IMG/VR virus record: IMGVR_UViG_3300031952_000015
Span: 6,146-70,145 of that record
Reading direction: 5' to 3' (one strand)
DNA: 64,000 bases
DNA from: a virus
This document shows, one piece after another, positions 1-9,725 of the stretch. Positions within the stretch are counted from its first letter, which is position 1, and the number at the start of each line of letters is the position of its first letter. Position numbers and translations under genes: made by a program. A model generated the notes under the pieces. The model had not been told where the DNA came from and did not search any database. It worked only from the letters and a program-made list of their open reading frames with translations.

Positions 1-171
1 CAGCTTAGCGACTAAGATCGCTCTCTGGCGAGCGAATACAATCTTGATCTCCTCGCGCCGCTTGCGGATCCCGATCTTCGCAAGGTCGAATTTGTCCCTC
101 ATCATGAAGATCGGCCTCCAGACTCTTGAAGGTTCAACTGAATCGCTTGTCACACCAGCATCTGTCCCCAT
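1..171 (-). CDS. Partial hypothetical protein (runs off the left edge)
   Basis: ATG at 171 opens MGTDAGVTSDSVEPSRVWRPIF..., which stays open to base 1; it lies just downstream of the late-promoter motif at 194-208. Confidence 0.5.
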   Translation of the reverse strand, partial: MGTDAGVTSDSVEPSRVWRPIFMMRDKFDLAKIGIRKRREEIKIVFARQRAILVAKL

Positions 172-193
172 CAATGGACCTCCGATTCTCCTG

Positions 194-208
194 TATTTAA
201 ATATGATT
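194..208 (-). promoter_or_regulatory. Putative late promoter, AATCATATTTAAATA
   Basis: TATA-like TTTAAATA; the same 15-mer family occurs at 38973, 49215 and 56811. Confidence 0.6.
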
Positions 209-977
209 ACTTTTCAGCGTAAGCCTTGCCCTTAAGGAACGTCTGCTTGACCGTCAAGAACCGCCTCTCAAGTCCCAAGAGGTCTCGCTCCAAGAGCTTC
301 ACCTGGCTCGGCAAGTTGAACCCCATCATGATGACCTTCTGCTCCTCTGTGAACGGCCAGAACTTCTTATAGCTCCTCTGCATGTAGTCTCGCTCCGCGA
401 AGAACCGATTGAAAAGAATATTGCGCCGCACTCCCTCGATGATGTCGAGATAGCTCATCACCTTATCAGCGTTCCCGCCGAACCCATTCGCGCTGAACAG
501 CAAGTCGCGCTCTGACTCAGTTGCCACCTCAGTCCAATGGATCATCTTCGGCCAGACTTCGACTGTCATTGACCCATCATCAAAAACCCTGAGGACTCCG
601 ATCCCTCGCGGAAGATACTCAGGAGACTTCTTCTTGTGGACAACCAGAAAAGTGTAGTCGCAGCCGAACATGTAAGAATCAATCTGAGACGGAAGGAGAG
701 TGTACGCATCGCCATCGCCCTTAATCTCAAATCCAATAAGAGTAAGCGTTTCCTGGTCTCCAGCGATTAAGTCGAACGGGTGCCCATCGATCCCAGAGAT
801 CGAGCGCTCCTCCCTCAGCAAGAAATTCTTCGGCTCTAAGCAGTCCCTTAAGATCTTGCGGATCTCGAGCTCATTGAGGACCTTCTCTACCGAGACATTC
901 GCCAGCTTCTTTTTGTACTCGTCTCGTTCATCAAAAGCTGGCGGACTATGGAATGGCAGCTCGAAGAACTTCATCAT
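207..977 (-). CDS. PD-(D/E)XK nuclease-fold protein, sce7726-family-like
   Basis: FDLIA...GFEIKGDGDAYTLLPSQIDSYMFGCDYTFLVV resembles the D...EIKxxxD...L..Q...Y...D pattern of this family. Confidence 0.6.
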   Translation of the reverse strand: MMKFFELPFHSPPAFDERDEYKKKLANVSVEKVLNELEIRKILRDCLEPKNFLLREERSISGIDGHPFDLIAGDQETLTLIGFEIKGDGDAYTLLPSQIDSYMFGCDYTFLVVHKKKSPEYLPRGIGVLRVFDDGSMTVEVWPKMIHWTEVATESERDLLFSANGFGGNADKVMSYLDIIEGVRRNILFNRFFAERDYMQRSYKKFWPFTEEQKVIMMGFNLPSQVKLLERDLLGLERRFLTVKQTFLKGKAYAEK

Positions 978-1381
978 TGGATGATGAGATAGTGCGCAGT
1001 CGTCTCTCCCTTCACGATCGGGCAGATAGTGTAGTCTCCCAAGATGGTGCGCGGCTTGTGCGCTGGCATGAAGATTTCAGCATCCTTCACGACCTCGCGC
1101 TTGAGCTTTGATGGATCCATATCTAAGATGAGATCATTCTCATCCCAGCGGGAGATCGTCGCGTGCGGCAGCATTTGACGGATCATTCGCTCGATCTCTG
1201 GCTTCGACAATCTTGTTTCCACTTTGACTGACCTCCTTGACAGGAACCTGAACAGTTCAGACTCGTTTGACTTGAACCACCCTTGACCATTGATGTATGC
1301 GATAAGCTCCTTCATGAAGTTCTCCTCGCGGTGAGTCTTCACCTGCCAGAAGGCTTCAAGATGAGCTTGGTCGAATATCAT
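974..1381 (-). CDS. Hypothetical protein
   Basis: 135-aa ORF with ATGA overlaps to its neighbours. Confidence 0.6.
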   Translation of the reverse strand: MIFDQAHLEAFWQVKTHREENFMKELIAYINGQGWFKSNESELFRFLSRRSVKVETRLSKPEIERMIRQMLPHATISRWDENDLILDMDPSKLKREVVKDAEIFMPAHKPRTILGDYTICPIVKGETTAHYLIIQ

Positions 1382-1542
1382 GATTTCAGCGCCAGTTCAG
1401 GTTGTGCGGGCTCTGCAGTCTTCTTCTTGAAGCCGAGATAAGTCGCGCCGCACTTATTGCAGCTGACCTTTAGATCTTCATCCGTATCGACTATCCTGAA
1501 GACCTTACTTTGGCACTGCGGGCACTTGATTCTCTTGTCCAT
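1378..1542 (-). CDS. Small zinc-ribbon protein (54 aa; not in the ORF track)
   Basis: MDKRIKCPQCQSKVFRIVDTDEDLKVSCNKCGATYLGFKK..., two CxxC pairs; its stop overlaps the next start. Confidence 0.65.
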   Translation of the reverse strand: MDKRIKCPQCQSKVFRIVDTDEDLKVSCNKCGATYLGFKKKTAEPAQPELALKS

Positions 1543-1545
1543 CTC

Positions 1546-1809
1546 TTACTTTGCCTCCGTCTTGACAGGCGCTTCCTTCGGATACGGCTGAGGTTCTTTC
1601 GGCTTGCTCGTGAAGTTGAGTGCGAAGTCCTCTGCACTCATCCCAGGAAACCCAAGTTTTGCCCTCTGTGCGTTGAACATCTTGAAACATTCGCCCTGCG
1701 TTATGGCTTTGCTGCTCGCCAGCTGGAACACAGATTGGATGTCCATCCAGATCTTAGCGATGTCTCCGTTCTCTATCTTCTTCATGGTCTCTTTTGCTTG
1801 CATATTCAT
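1546..1809 (-). CDS. Hypothetical protein
   Basis: 87-aa ORF with upstream GAGGAGG. Confidence 0.55.
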   Translation of the reverse strand: MNMQAKETMKKIENGDIAKIWMDIQSVFQLASSKAITQGECFKMFNAQRAKLGFPGMSAEDFALNFTSKPKEPQPYPKEAPVKTEAK

Positions 1810-2128
1810 TTCCCTCCTCGCTTATTCTTCTTCTCCTGAATCATCAAAATCCTCGGCATCGTCCCATCCGTCGTCTTCCACTCTCATCTCTCCGAAAAGT
1901 AGTCGCCATAATCGTTCTCTGGCGAGCTCTCTGGTATGTCGATGATTGGCGCTCCGAGTTGATTAAGCGACTCGCGATGCCATGTGATGAGAAGCTCTTT
2001 GCTCTCGATCGAAAGACCGCGATGGACCCACTCCATGATCGCTTTAGGGGAATACTTCCGGCACAAAGCTTTCAACGCTGCCTTCTCTACATTTTGCCCT
2101 TCCCATTCCTTGTCAAGTTCTTCGAGAA

Positions 2129-2443
2129 TCATCGCCTCTTTCCTCCGTGTCGTCTTGCCATCTGAGGTCGTGGTCTTATACCTTTCACAAGCCGGACTTC
2201 CTTAACTGCTTTCTTTATCCACGGAAACGGCTGCATCACCGCGTCAGGAACGAATCCGTTCTTCGACTCCGGGTAGATGACTGACCTCGCCTTGAATGTG
2301 CGAAGGAAATCTCTGAACATCCAGAGGAATGCAATGGCCGCGGGAGTGAAGAGTGCGATAGCGAACAGTACTTCCCAATGGTGGGTGTTCCTAATATGCT
2401 GAATGAACTCTGCCCACATCGCATCGGTCACTATGCAAGTCAT
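2129..2443 (-). CDS. Membrane protein, hypothetical
   Basis: Hydrophobic segment WEVLFAIALFTPAAIAFLWMF. Confidence 0.5.
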   Translation of the reverse strand: MTCIVTDAMWAEFIQHIRNTHHWEVLFAIALFTPAAIAFLWMFRDFLRTFKARSVIYPESKNGFVPDAVMQPFPWIKKAVKEVRLVKGIRPRPQMARRHGGKRR

Positions 2444-2768
2444 CCTTTCACCCTCGGAAGATAGTTCTTAAAATGCTTGTCAATCCATTCAGCAATACAT
2501 TTAAAGCAGTAGATCCCAACCGGCTTACCATCCTCAGATACAGTAATTGCCGCAGATTTGCCATGCTTGCTGCAATCCACCCATCTACTAGGTATATCAA
2601 CCATTTTTCTCCGCCTCCGGCTTCTTGATGATAAGCGCACTCATGGTCAATGGCAGATTCCAATCGCTCGCGTCGTTTAGCTTGATTGCGCCGCACTGGA
2701 CGCACCAAACGATCCGCATGACGACCTCGCCATTCTTCGTCTTGATGACGATCTCGCTCGGCGCGTGC

Positions 2769-3614
2769 TCATGCTCCATTGTCAAGCTCCAAGTGAGATT
2801 CGCTCCAATCCATATTTTTCATCGTCCAATCATAGAGCTCATCCACTCCATCTAAAAATTTCTGGCCGTCGCCATGGAGGTTGATCGCCTCAATATTGCT
2901 CAAAACAACTTCCCGATGCTCAACGCTAAGTGAGTTGGCTGCGACTCGCGTCCTCGGTGGAACGTTCACTTGGTACCACTTAGTCAAGACTTTCGGAACC
3001 GACGCAATAGTATTCCGTCGCATATTAATCAATGTCATCGTGAAGTCAAAATTCTTCATCTTCCGATCTGGCCCGAAGAATTGCATGATGTGCGGCCGAA
3101 TGCACTCCTTGTCGAACTTCTTTAAAGACTTAGTTCTCTCCACATTCAAGGAGTGGAACCTGCGCATCGATCTCGGCACAGTATATTGTGTTGCGCCGAT
3201 CAGCGTAAGCTCAATGTTTCGCATCTGGTTCTCCTGCTCCATAAGCCGAAGTACCTTGATCGTTGCTACAGTGTCAAGCAGCTCCTCTTGATTATTTTGC
3301 CACTTATGAGCCTTTGGCTCAATGACCGCGAAATTAGTCAAAACGCGTTCAACCTTGACATCGAATGACGTGTATGTCTTGTAGACAAGGTGATAGCATG
3401 AATTCTTTTGGTCCCAGATCTGGGTGATCATGACGTAGATCACCGGGAAGTTCGAGATCGGGACTAAGCTCTTGCGCTCACTCATCATGCAGGAATTCCT
3501 CCAGCCGCTTCTTCTTCGCACTGATGACCTTGTCGCACTCATCAATCTTTCCCTCAAGCTCAGTGATCTGCTCCTCGAGCTTCTGCTTCTGAAGCTCAAA
3601 GAACTTAATCCCAT
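2769..3614 (-). CDS. Hypothetical protein (real start probably near 3486, MSERKSL)
   Basis: Long ORF; the N-terminal part of the track ORF overlaps the upstream gene. Confidence 0.55.
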   Translation of the reverse strand: MGLSSLSFRSRSSRSRSLSLRERLMSATRSSVRRRSGWRNSCMMSERKSLVPISNFPVIYVMITQIWDQKNSCYHLVYKTYTSFDVKVERVLTNFAVIEPKAHKWQNNQEELLDTVATIKVLRLMEQENQMRNIELTLIGATQYTVPRSMRRFHSLNVERTKSLKKFDKECIRPHIMQFFGPDRKMKNFDFTMTLINMRRNTIASVPKVLTKWYQVNVPPRTRVAANSLSVEHREVVLSNIEAINLHGDGQKFLDGVDELYDWTMKNMDWSESHLELDNGA

Positions 3615-3759
3615 CGCCTAAGTCTCGCACCATGTCTGCTTTGTCGATTGTTGCTTTCTTTGTTGATTCTGCCATAGTATCTACCTCATCGGTCTCCTTG
3701 ACTGGTACTGAGACCATCTTCCCATTTATAATCTTTGCTTCGATCCGATCATAATTCAT
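3478..3759 (-). CDS. Coiled-coil hypothetical protein
   Basis: Heptad pattern LQKQKLEEQITELEGKIDEC. Confidence 0.55.
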   Translation of the reverse strand: MNYDRIEAKIINGKMVSVPVKETDEVDTMAESTKKATIDKADMVRDLGDGIKFFELQKQKLEEQITELEGKIDECDKVISAKKKRLEEFLHDE

Positions 3760-3760
3760 C

Positions 3761-4249
3761 TCACTCTTCGAGCAGTCTCCTCGCCTCCTTGATCAAGTTC
3801 TCGATCTGGCCGCAATTTGTGTCAAATCCCCAGACGCTCCCATCCGGGTCGATGTTGGCCGTGAGCGCGATGACGTCCGAGATTACTATGTCATTGATAG
3901 ATTCTTTTTCCGTGACGAATACCGCGATCAGATTGCTCTTAGCAAGTATCACGACGTCGCCAGGCCTAGTCTTAATGAATTTCATCTTGCCATTCCGTCT
4001 GAAGTTTGGTACAAAGGCTTTCCCATGTCGTATGTGGGAGATCGGCTCATCCGGCTTGAGTTCAAACTCCTGTTCGCCATCAATCATGATGACTCGGATC
4101 CCAAAGACATTCCCATAATCGCTGTAGTCGACCTTAATCGTTTCCCCGATCTTTGCAATCTCCATCAGATGAACCTCTTGCAACTGCACTTCAAGCACTT
4201 CCCCTTCTTGTTGTGCCAGTACTTCGGATGCCCGCAAACGCAGATGCAC
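3761..4249 (-). CDS. Hypothetical protein (probable start MEIAKIG)
   Basis: ORF in a tightly packed minus-strand operon. Confidence 0.5.
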   Translation of the reverse strand: MHLRLRASEVLAQQEGEVLEVQLQEVHLMEIAKIGETIKVDYSDYGNVFGIRVIMIDGEQEFELKPDEPISHIRHGKAFVPNFRRNGKMKFIKTRPGDVVILAKSNLIAVFVTEKESINDIVISDVIALTANIDPDGSVWGFDTNCGQIENLIKEARRLLEE

Positions 4250-4264
4250 ATATCCTTGTTGACT

Positions 4265-4612
4265 TTAGCCGAAATAAGATTTGTCACGCTCCTCACTCTC
4301 CTTCTCCTGTACTTGCGCTCCTAAAGCCATCTGCTTGAGCTTGGTATGGATGAGTATAGCGTCAGTGGCGGCTTCAGACAGCATCGACTCATTCATCTGA
4401 TCTCGGAATTCCTTATCATGAAGGAGCATCGGATCGTCGACGATCTTGATGATCTCATTCAAGACGCTCGCTCGGATCGCGCCGGAGACCCACGCGCACG
4501 TCCAATTGATGAAGTACTTGCTATTTTTGAAGTCATCACAGATCTCCTTCTGTAAGACCTCGATCTCGACGATGCAGTTCCCTGACTTTTCAAATGTGGT
4601 CTTGACCCTCAT
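4265..4612 (-). CDS. Hypothetical protein
   Basis: 115-aa ORF coupled to the upstream gene. Confidence 0.55.
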   Translation of the reverse strand: MRVKTTFEKSGNCIVEIEVLQKEICDDFKNSKYFINWTCAWVSGAIRASVLNEIIKIVDDPMLLHDKEFRDQMNESMLSEAATDAILIHTKLKQMALGAQVQEKESEERDKSYFG

Positions 4613-4887
4613 AATTCGCCTGGTATCGCAATCTTGATCTTGAACCGCTTCTCAAGCTTCTTCCGATCATTGAGCAAATTCTTGTTGAGTGTGATAAATA
4701 TGTCAATTAGTTCAGATGAGATCGCATTCTTGATAGCACAATCAAGGAGCTGGATGAATGAGTCATTTCCATGGGCGCAGACATACCTCCGATGGTACTC
4801 TCGATAGTACTCATTCTCAGTGATGAGTCCGCGCATGATCGCCTCATCGAGAATCTTCTGCTCATCGAACTTCAGGTCATCGGCCAT
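4609..4887 (-). CDS. Hypothetical protein
   Basis: 92-aa ORF directly after terL. Confidence 0.55.
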   Translation of the reverse strand: MADDLKFDEQKILDEAIMRGLITENEYYREYHRRYVCAHGNDSFIQLLDCAIKNAISSELIDIFITLNKNLLNDRKKLEKRFKIKIAIPGEL

Positions 4888-4926
4888 TTTATATCTGCAA
4901 CGTGCTCCGCTTTTTAATCATTGCTA

Positions 4927-7743
4927 TCAAAATCTTCCGCTGCCTCGAGCCTGCCGTTTCATCCAAGCGATCTTCTCAGGCCAAGTGACTTGGGCGAGGG
5001 TTTTCCTCAGCTCCTCAGTGTCCCGCTTCTCGAGGATCGGAAGCTTTTGCGGTCCCGGAACCGGGACAGTCGATGAATAATCTACAGTCGAGCCGATGCC
5101 AGACCTGAATCCCTCCTTAAGCAGCGCGAGAGCGTTTGCCCAGAACAGGTCTGCGTGTCCTTCAAGCCGCTTGTGGTCAGCCTTGAAGTCATAGTTCACT
5201 GCGTTCAAGTGCTTTACCTGCAGATCATCTCCGATGAAGCTCACTGAATCGTCCTGCATCATGTGCTTCATGTTTGTCGCCATCCGGTCGATGATCGGAA
5301 GCCGCTTCCCCCCTTGGCCAGATCTGACTCTCTCCGAGAACTGGATGCCCTCGACCATCGACCCATGCCGGCGTCTGAGGTAGTCGAACAGCCCAGTGCC
5401 GACGCCAGTCATGTCAATCCGGACCTTCACGATGCTCGGGAAGTGCCTGAAGAGGCTTGAAATTAGCGCTTCTTGATCTGGAGTGGAGACGTTCTTCAAG
5501 AGGCCGATGAATCGCTGTGTCATCCGCAGCTTTCCGTCCTCTGGATCGATGGTCTTCTCGAACAATGAGACTGCGGTGAAGTCTCGGCTCCGAGCGACAT
5601 CGATCCCTATGTACATCGGATTGTCAGTCTTGAAGACGAACTCAGAATCCTTTATGATGTCCTCATAGTAATTCTTCAGCTCATTGTCGATGCACTGCAT
5701 GATAAGAGAGTATGGTAAGAAGCTAAGTGAATCATCAAGGAACGAGCAATTATGAACGATCCCGATCTCAGTCAAATAGGTACTGTCGCCATCAACATCA
5801 AGATTCCAAACATCTCCAGAATAATCTTTAAAATCTATAGTTCTTATCTTAAGAAGATCAAATTTATCAAATTGAAAGACCTTGCTATGACGAACGCCCT
5901 GATGCGCTATACCAAAGAATTTAGATAGTCTTTCGAATGATTTACCATATATCTGGATTTGATAGGGGGGATTTCGGTTGACTTTCCTTCCAAGCAACAT
6001 TGCAGTTTTCCGCTTGTCTTTTGAAACATGCACACTCGAATAGACATTGTTCATAAGAAGCACGAGATTGATCTCTTTAGCCAATCTCTCCGAGATGGTC
6101 CCATAAATATATTTTTTCTCGGTCCGACAACCATCGCCATCAAAACACCCATTCAAAAGCCACATCATCTGATCCCTTGAAAGGTCCCAAACAAATTCTG
6201 GAAGGTGTTTATTCTTAGCTCCTATACCGAACAGTATGCGAAAGACGTCATGGAGAAGCTTATTAAAACAGACCACTTCTGTCGATGTCGGCCGAGTATC
6301 ATGATTTGAAATTGATGCTCGTTTCCCAAAGTACATCTCTATCGTCGTCTGGACTTCAGAAATTAATTGGCTCTCGCTCGATGAAAACCCAAACCTCAAT
6401 TGATTGCCAACGGCAGACCCTTCAGCAATATAAAGTCCAAACAGTCTAAGAACATCTCTATTAAGCGGGATCTCATCATATATTGAATTTTTAGGTTCGT
6501 TAAGTGGCAAAGAATTTCCTTTTGTCCATTTGACCTTATGATAAATCCGATCCCCAGATCTAATGAATGTGTCTCCAAGATATGCACTCAATCTGATGCT
6601 CTTAATGCCCCTGCGGCCATTCAATCTTGGAAATAGGATATAATCTCCAGGCTTGAGTTCCCCTGCCAACCTGAACTCTGGCGAGATCTTAAGGTACTCT
6701 CTCCTTGACTTGTTATTCTTGATTGAAAGGATTGGGTGATTTTTCGTGAGAGACATCTCGTTCCCTCCCCATACCTGCATCTTAACGCATTCTTCAGATA
6801 TTTTACGAGAGAGTATTCCCTTAACGATAGAAACCCCGCCATCTCGATTCAGTATCCTATCTCCAATGGAGATATTCTTGATTTGCATTGGTTTTTCTCC
6901 GAGGACGACTGTGTCAGGATGCAAGCACATTTGTTCCTGTTTGAAGATCTCAATATCTCTCTGCCGCTTCGTCTCAAGCTTCTTGACATTGATCCACGGC
7001 GCAATCGGAATAAGATTCTGAGGTTCCAGTGGCTTAAAGATGTCGACCTTGCTCGGATCATAGACTGGGAGGTTGAACACTCGGAATCCGACTGGTTTGT
7101 TGACAAGCCTGAAGAAATTATTGTTCCTGCCGTACGGCGTCGAGCCGATGATCGTCTGCGAGAGGCTTCCGATCATCGCATCCTGGACTGCTGCCAAAAG
7201 CTCATCTGATCTATTCTGGAACGCGTACTCATCGACCAGGCAGCGCATCAAGCGAAGACTTCTGACTGAATCCGCTGCGCTTCCAGACGGATATGACGCG
7301 ATGACTGATCCGGTCTTCTTGTTCCGGAGTTCAGTCTCCTTGAACTCAAACTGATCCTTGAGATTCCCGCAAGAGTTTAAAATGAACCACTTGCAGAGCT
7401 TGACTATGTAATTCGATGCCTTCTGTCGCTGCGCGATGACTGGGATAGTCTGGTTGTCGAAGATGCTCGCGGTCGTGATGATGTCGACACATGATGATGA
7501 CGTGAACGACACTCCCCTTGCTTTGATGTAAAGGATGTCCTTCGCATCAACCCCCTTGATGTTGAGCGACTCCAAGTGGAATTGCGCTTGGTACTTTGTC
7601 GGGACGTACGGGATCGGCTGGCCAGTCTCACTTCGCATCCTGAATGTGTTCGTAAGAAGCAGAAGGTACTCTTGCTGCTGAGCAGTCAACTCGATAGTCG
7701 GATCATACCAGCTCGGCAAGTACTTGATCTCAGGGAGCTCCAT
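4927..7743 (-). CDS. terL: Terminase large subunit with intein
   Basis: Walker A-like KARGVSFT, Walker B CLVDEYAF, coupling motif GSTPYGRNN, nuclease motifs YIGIDVARSRDFT, IDMTGVG and HADLFWANALAL. Confidence 0.92.
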   Translation of the reverse strand: MELPEIKYLPSWYDPTIELTAQQQEYLLLLTNTFRMRSETGQPIPYVPTKYQAQFHLESLNIKGVDAKDILYIKARGVSFTSSSCVDIITTASIFDNQTIPVIAQRQKASNYIVKLCKWFILNSCGNLKDQFEFKETELRNKKTGSVIASYPSGSAADSVRSLRLMRCLVDEYAFQNRSDELLAAVQDAMIGSLSQTIIGSTPYGRNNNFFRLVNKPVGFRVFNLPVYDPSKVDIFKPLEPQNLIPIAPWINVKKLETKRQRDIEIFKQEQMCLHPDTVVLGEKPMQIKNISIGDRILNRDGGVSIVKGILSRKISEECVKMQVWGGNEMSLTKNHPILSIKNNKSRREYLKISPEFRLAGELKPGDYILFPRLNGRRGIKSIRLSAYLGDTFIRSGDRIYHKVKWTKGNSLPLNEPKNSIYDEIPLNRDVLRLFGLYIAEGSAVGNQLRFGFSSSESQLISEVQTTIEMYFGKRASISNHDTRPTSTEVVCFNKLLHDVFRILFGIGAKNKHLPEFVWDLSRDQMMWLLNGCFDGDGCRTEKKYIYGTISERLAKEINLVLLMNNVYSSVHVSKDKRKTAMLLGRKVNRNPPYQIQIYGKSFERLSKFFGIAHQGVRHSKVFQFDKFDLLKIRTIDFKDYSGDVWNLDVDGDSTYLTEIGIVHNCSFLDDSLSFLPYSLIMQCIDNELKNYYEDIIKDSEFVFKTDNPMYIGIDVARSRDFTAVSLFEKTIDPEDGKLRMTQRFIGLLKNVSTPDQEALISSLFRHFPSIVKVRIDMTGVGTGLFDYLRRRHGSMVEGIQFSERVRSGQGGKRLPIIDRMATNMKHMMQDDSVSFIGDDLQVKHLNAVNYDFKADHKRLEGHADLFWANALALLKEGFRSGIGSTVDYSSTVPVPGPQKLPILEKRDTEELRKTLAQVTWPEKIAWMKRQARGSGRF
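5749..6927 (-). mobile_element. Intein (393 aa) with LAGLIDADG homing endonuclease
   Basis: Starts CLHPDTVV; block B LTKNHPI; LAGLIDADG-like LFGLYIAEG and LNGCFDGDG; ends VWNLDVDGDSTYLTEIGIVHN followed by Cys +1; visibly more AT-rich than the flanks. Confidence 0.93.
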
Positions 7744-7745
7744 GA

Positions 7746-7864
7746 TGCGCAGCGATGGATTCGAACCATCGGACGAGGATCAACCTCGCCTCCGTGATCA
7801 AATGGTGCGCAAACCACGAGGTGGATCCTCAAATCACGGAGCAGCTCCCGGCTGCCTGCTGCGC
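7746..7864 (-). ncRNA. tRNA-like structured RNA (non-canonical)
   Basis: Acceptor GCGCAGC/GCTGCGC-A, T-arm GATGG-TTCGAAT-CCATC, D-like arm GCAGC/GCTGC, variable arm GCGAGG/CCTCGT, extended anticodon-position arm TCCGTGAT/ATCACGGA. Confidence 0.65.
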
Positions 7865-8146
7865 AATCTTTTTCTTTCGGCATGCTGGACACAAGTATGG
7901 TCCTTTCCTTCTCATTGTAAAGTATTTCTCAATGCACTCGCTGCACAACTTCAGCCTCGGCTGAGACTTATATTCTCGCCCTCGCGCGGTATAATGCCCC
8001 CACGATTGGTCTTTCTTGTCAATAAGCCTCATCTGATGACCTTCGGTCTTGATGCCTTGCAATTCAAGCAATATCTCAATGGATCTCGGGTCTTCCGATT
8101 CAGCCGGATTGTCGGATTCACTGTGCCGCACTTCTGACAATACCAC
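7829..8146 (-). CDS. Small zinc-finger protein
   Basis: CSEC...CPAC pairs in the C-terminal half; start uncertain. Confidence 0.45.
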   Translation of the reverse strand: MVLSEVRHSESDNPAESEDPRSIEILLELQGIKTEGHQMRLIDKKDQSWGHYTARGREYKSQPRLKLCSECIEKYFTMRRKGPYLCPACRKKKIAQQAAGSCSVI

Positions 8147-8162
8147 TCCTCCGGGTAGCGCG

Positions 8163-8570
8163 TCATTTGGATTTCCTCTTTAAGTCATCACTAATCCCTG
8201 TATCAAAAATCTTAATAAAGCATTTGGCATAAGGATTCTTCTCATTGAGTTGGTAGAAACTTCCAGAATTAATAACATACCCGAGCTTCACCAATCGCGT
8301 GATTGTTGCTGAGATAGATTCTGATGAATACTTGAAATCGCTAGAGATTTCCTTCTCAGTGTAAGCCATGCCTCGCCATGTAATGAAAAATTCTAAGATA
8401 CGCATGAATCGTGTCTTACCTACCTTGTCCGTGAACAATGTCATGCTCTCACCCACCGTGGAGTTGCTACGTGGTTGTATGGGCATCGTGTCGGGAATTT
8501 GAGAGTTCCATCCACAATGAGGATGCATGGCATGTCCTCCAAGATGTGCTGTTCTCGGCAAACGTGGCAC
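8163..8570 (-). CDS. Winged-helix protein (probable start MTLFTD near 8444)
   Basis: RILEFF...YTEKEISSDFKYSSESISATITRLVKLGYV...YQLN wHTH pattern. Confidence 0.6.
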   Translation of the reverse strand: MPRLPRTAHLGGHAMHPHCGWNSQIPDTMPIQPRSNSTVGESMTLFTDKVGKTRFMRILEFFITWRGMAYTEKEISSDFKYSSESISATITRLVKLGYVINSGSFYQLNEKNPYAKCFIKIFDTGISDDLKRKSK

Positions 8571-8595
8571 TCGAACTTGATCCCTTCAGCCATGA

Positions 8596-8799
8596 TTATT
8601 CCTCCAAGTCCTCATCCTTATCGACGCACTCCCACTCGCCGGTCCAGCCGCACTCTCCGCAAGCTGGCCGTCGCACTCGATGCGACTGCTCAGCAGCAAA
8701 CCGCTGCTCGCCGACTGGACCTCCTCCGCCTCCAGACTCGCCCTCCTCCCAGTCACATTGGATCAGGTAGCCACTCTCCTTGCAATTAGGGCAATTCAT
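8596..8799 (-). CDS. Small zinc-binding protein
   Basis: CPNC...CGECG; GAGGTGA RBS upstream. Confidence 0.5.
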   Translation of the reverse strand: MNCPNCKESGYLIQCDWEEGESGGGGGPVGEQRFAAEQSHRVRRPACGECGWTGEWECVDKDEDLEE

Positions 8800-8837
8800 T
8801 GTTTCACCTCGACGCTCTCAAAATGCCGATCACGAAG

Positions 8838-9725
8838 TCAAGACTGTTGATCCTGATCATCTCCCAATTCAACCACCCTGGCTTGAATTCTGCCACTCTG
8901 ATCTTCCGTCCCGGAATGAAGTGGCATCTCCGATCGTACTGGTATCGGTTTTGCGGCATCGTCCCCACCTTGATGAGGATGGTCGGGAATCGCCGGAATG
9001 ATCTTCGAGTCCTTGTTATCTGATATGTGAACTTCTTCTTGAACGTCCAGCTTTCCGCCAGTTCCCTGATCTTTGGCCTCATCTTGTCTTACCTCCGTGA
9101 ACTTCGCGTCCACGACCTTCTCATGGTACTGCGTGATCTTGCGCATGAGCTCAGTGTAGTCCACCTCGCCCTTGACCTCGACCTTCTCGGCGAGGACGTT
9201 GATTGTATTCTTCGGCCCGAGCCCATGGACAGTCTCACCCATCTTGAGAACTAATTCCTGGAACTGATGTCGGTGGAATGGGGTCACAAGCCGCCCCTTC
9301 CGCTCCATCCCGATCTCCCACGCCTTCAAGATCAGCTCGTACTCTGCCATCCCGAGCTTGATCGCCTCGACGTACTCGAGCGCAGTGTTCGCTCCCGCGA
9401 AAGCTGAGATCAACTTCGCCTGATTGATCTTGTCCTTGATCGTGACGCCGACTGCCCTCTCCTCCTTTGAGACCATGACCGCCTTGAGGACTTCTGGAGT
9501 CCTTACATACTTCCCTGACCGAGAAGCATTCAGACTCGCAGCGATCCGCTTCCGAAGACTCATCCCATGCCCGCCCTTCTTACCGATCTCCTTCGCGCGC
9601 TCTGAAGTCAATTTGTACCGATGTGGCTTGGTGTTCCTGATCCAAGTCGCAGCTCGGTCAGTGCCGTCAGTCTTCGCCAAGTCCTCCGGCGTGACAATGT
9701 CGTCCATTTCTTTCACTTCTTCCAA
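8838..9725 (-). CDS. Putative terminase small subunit
   Basis: Upstream of terL; ERAKEIGKKGG motif, helical core and a KVEVKGEV C-terminal strand; the ORF tail overlaps 8804-9082. Confidence 0.4.
   Translation of the reverse strand: MEEVKEMDDIVTPEDLAKTDGTDRAATWIRNTKPHRYKLTSERAKEIGKKGGHGMSLRKRIAASLNASRSGKYVRTPEVLKAVMVSKEERAVGVTIKDKINQAKLISAFAGANTALEYVEAIKLGMAEYELILKAWEIGMERKGRLVTPFHRHQFQELVLKMGETVHGLGPKNTINVLAEKVEVKGEVDYTELMRKITQYHEKVVDAKFTEVRQDEAKDQGTGGKLDVQEEVHISDNKDSKIIPAIPDHPHQGGDDAAKPIPVRSEMPLHSGTEDQSGRIQARVVELGDDQDQQS

Noticed and set aside
7746-7864. Canonical tRNA gene (Ser-TGA or Gln-TTG with intron)
   Set aside because: The D-loop and anticodon arm are non-canonical and no bulge-helix-bulge could be formed; kept as tRNA-like only
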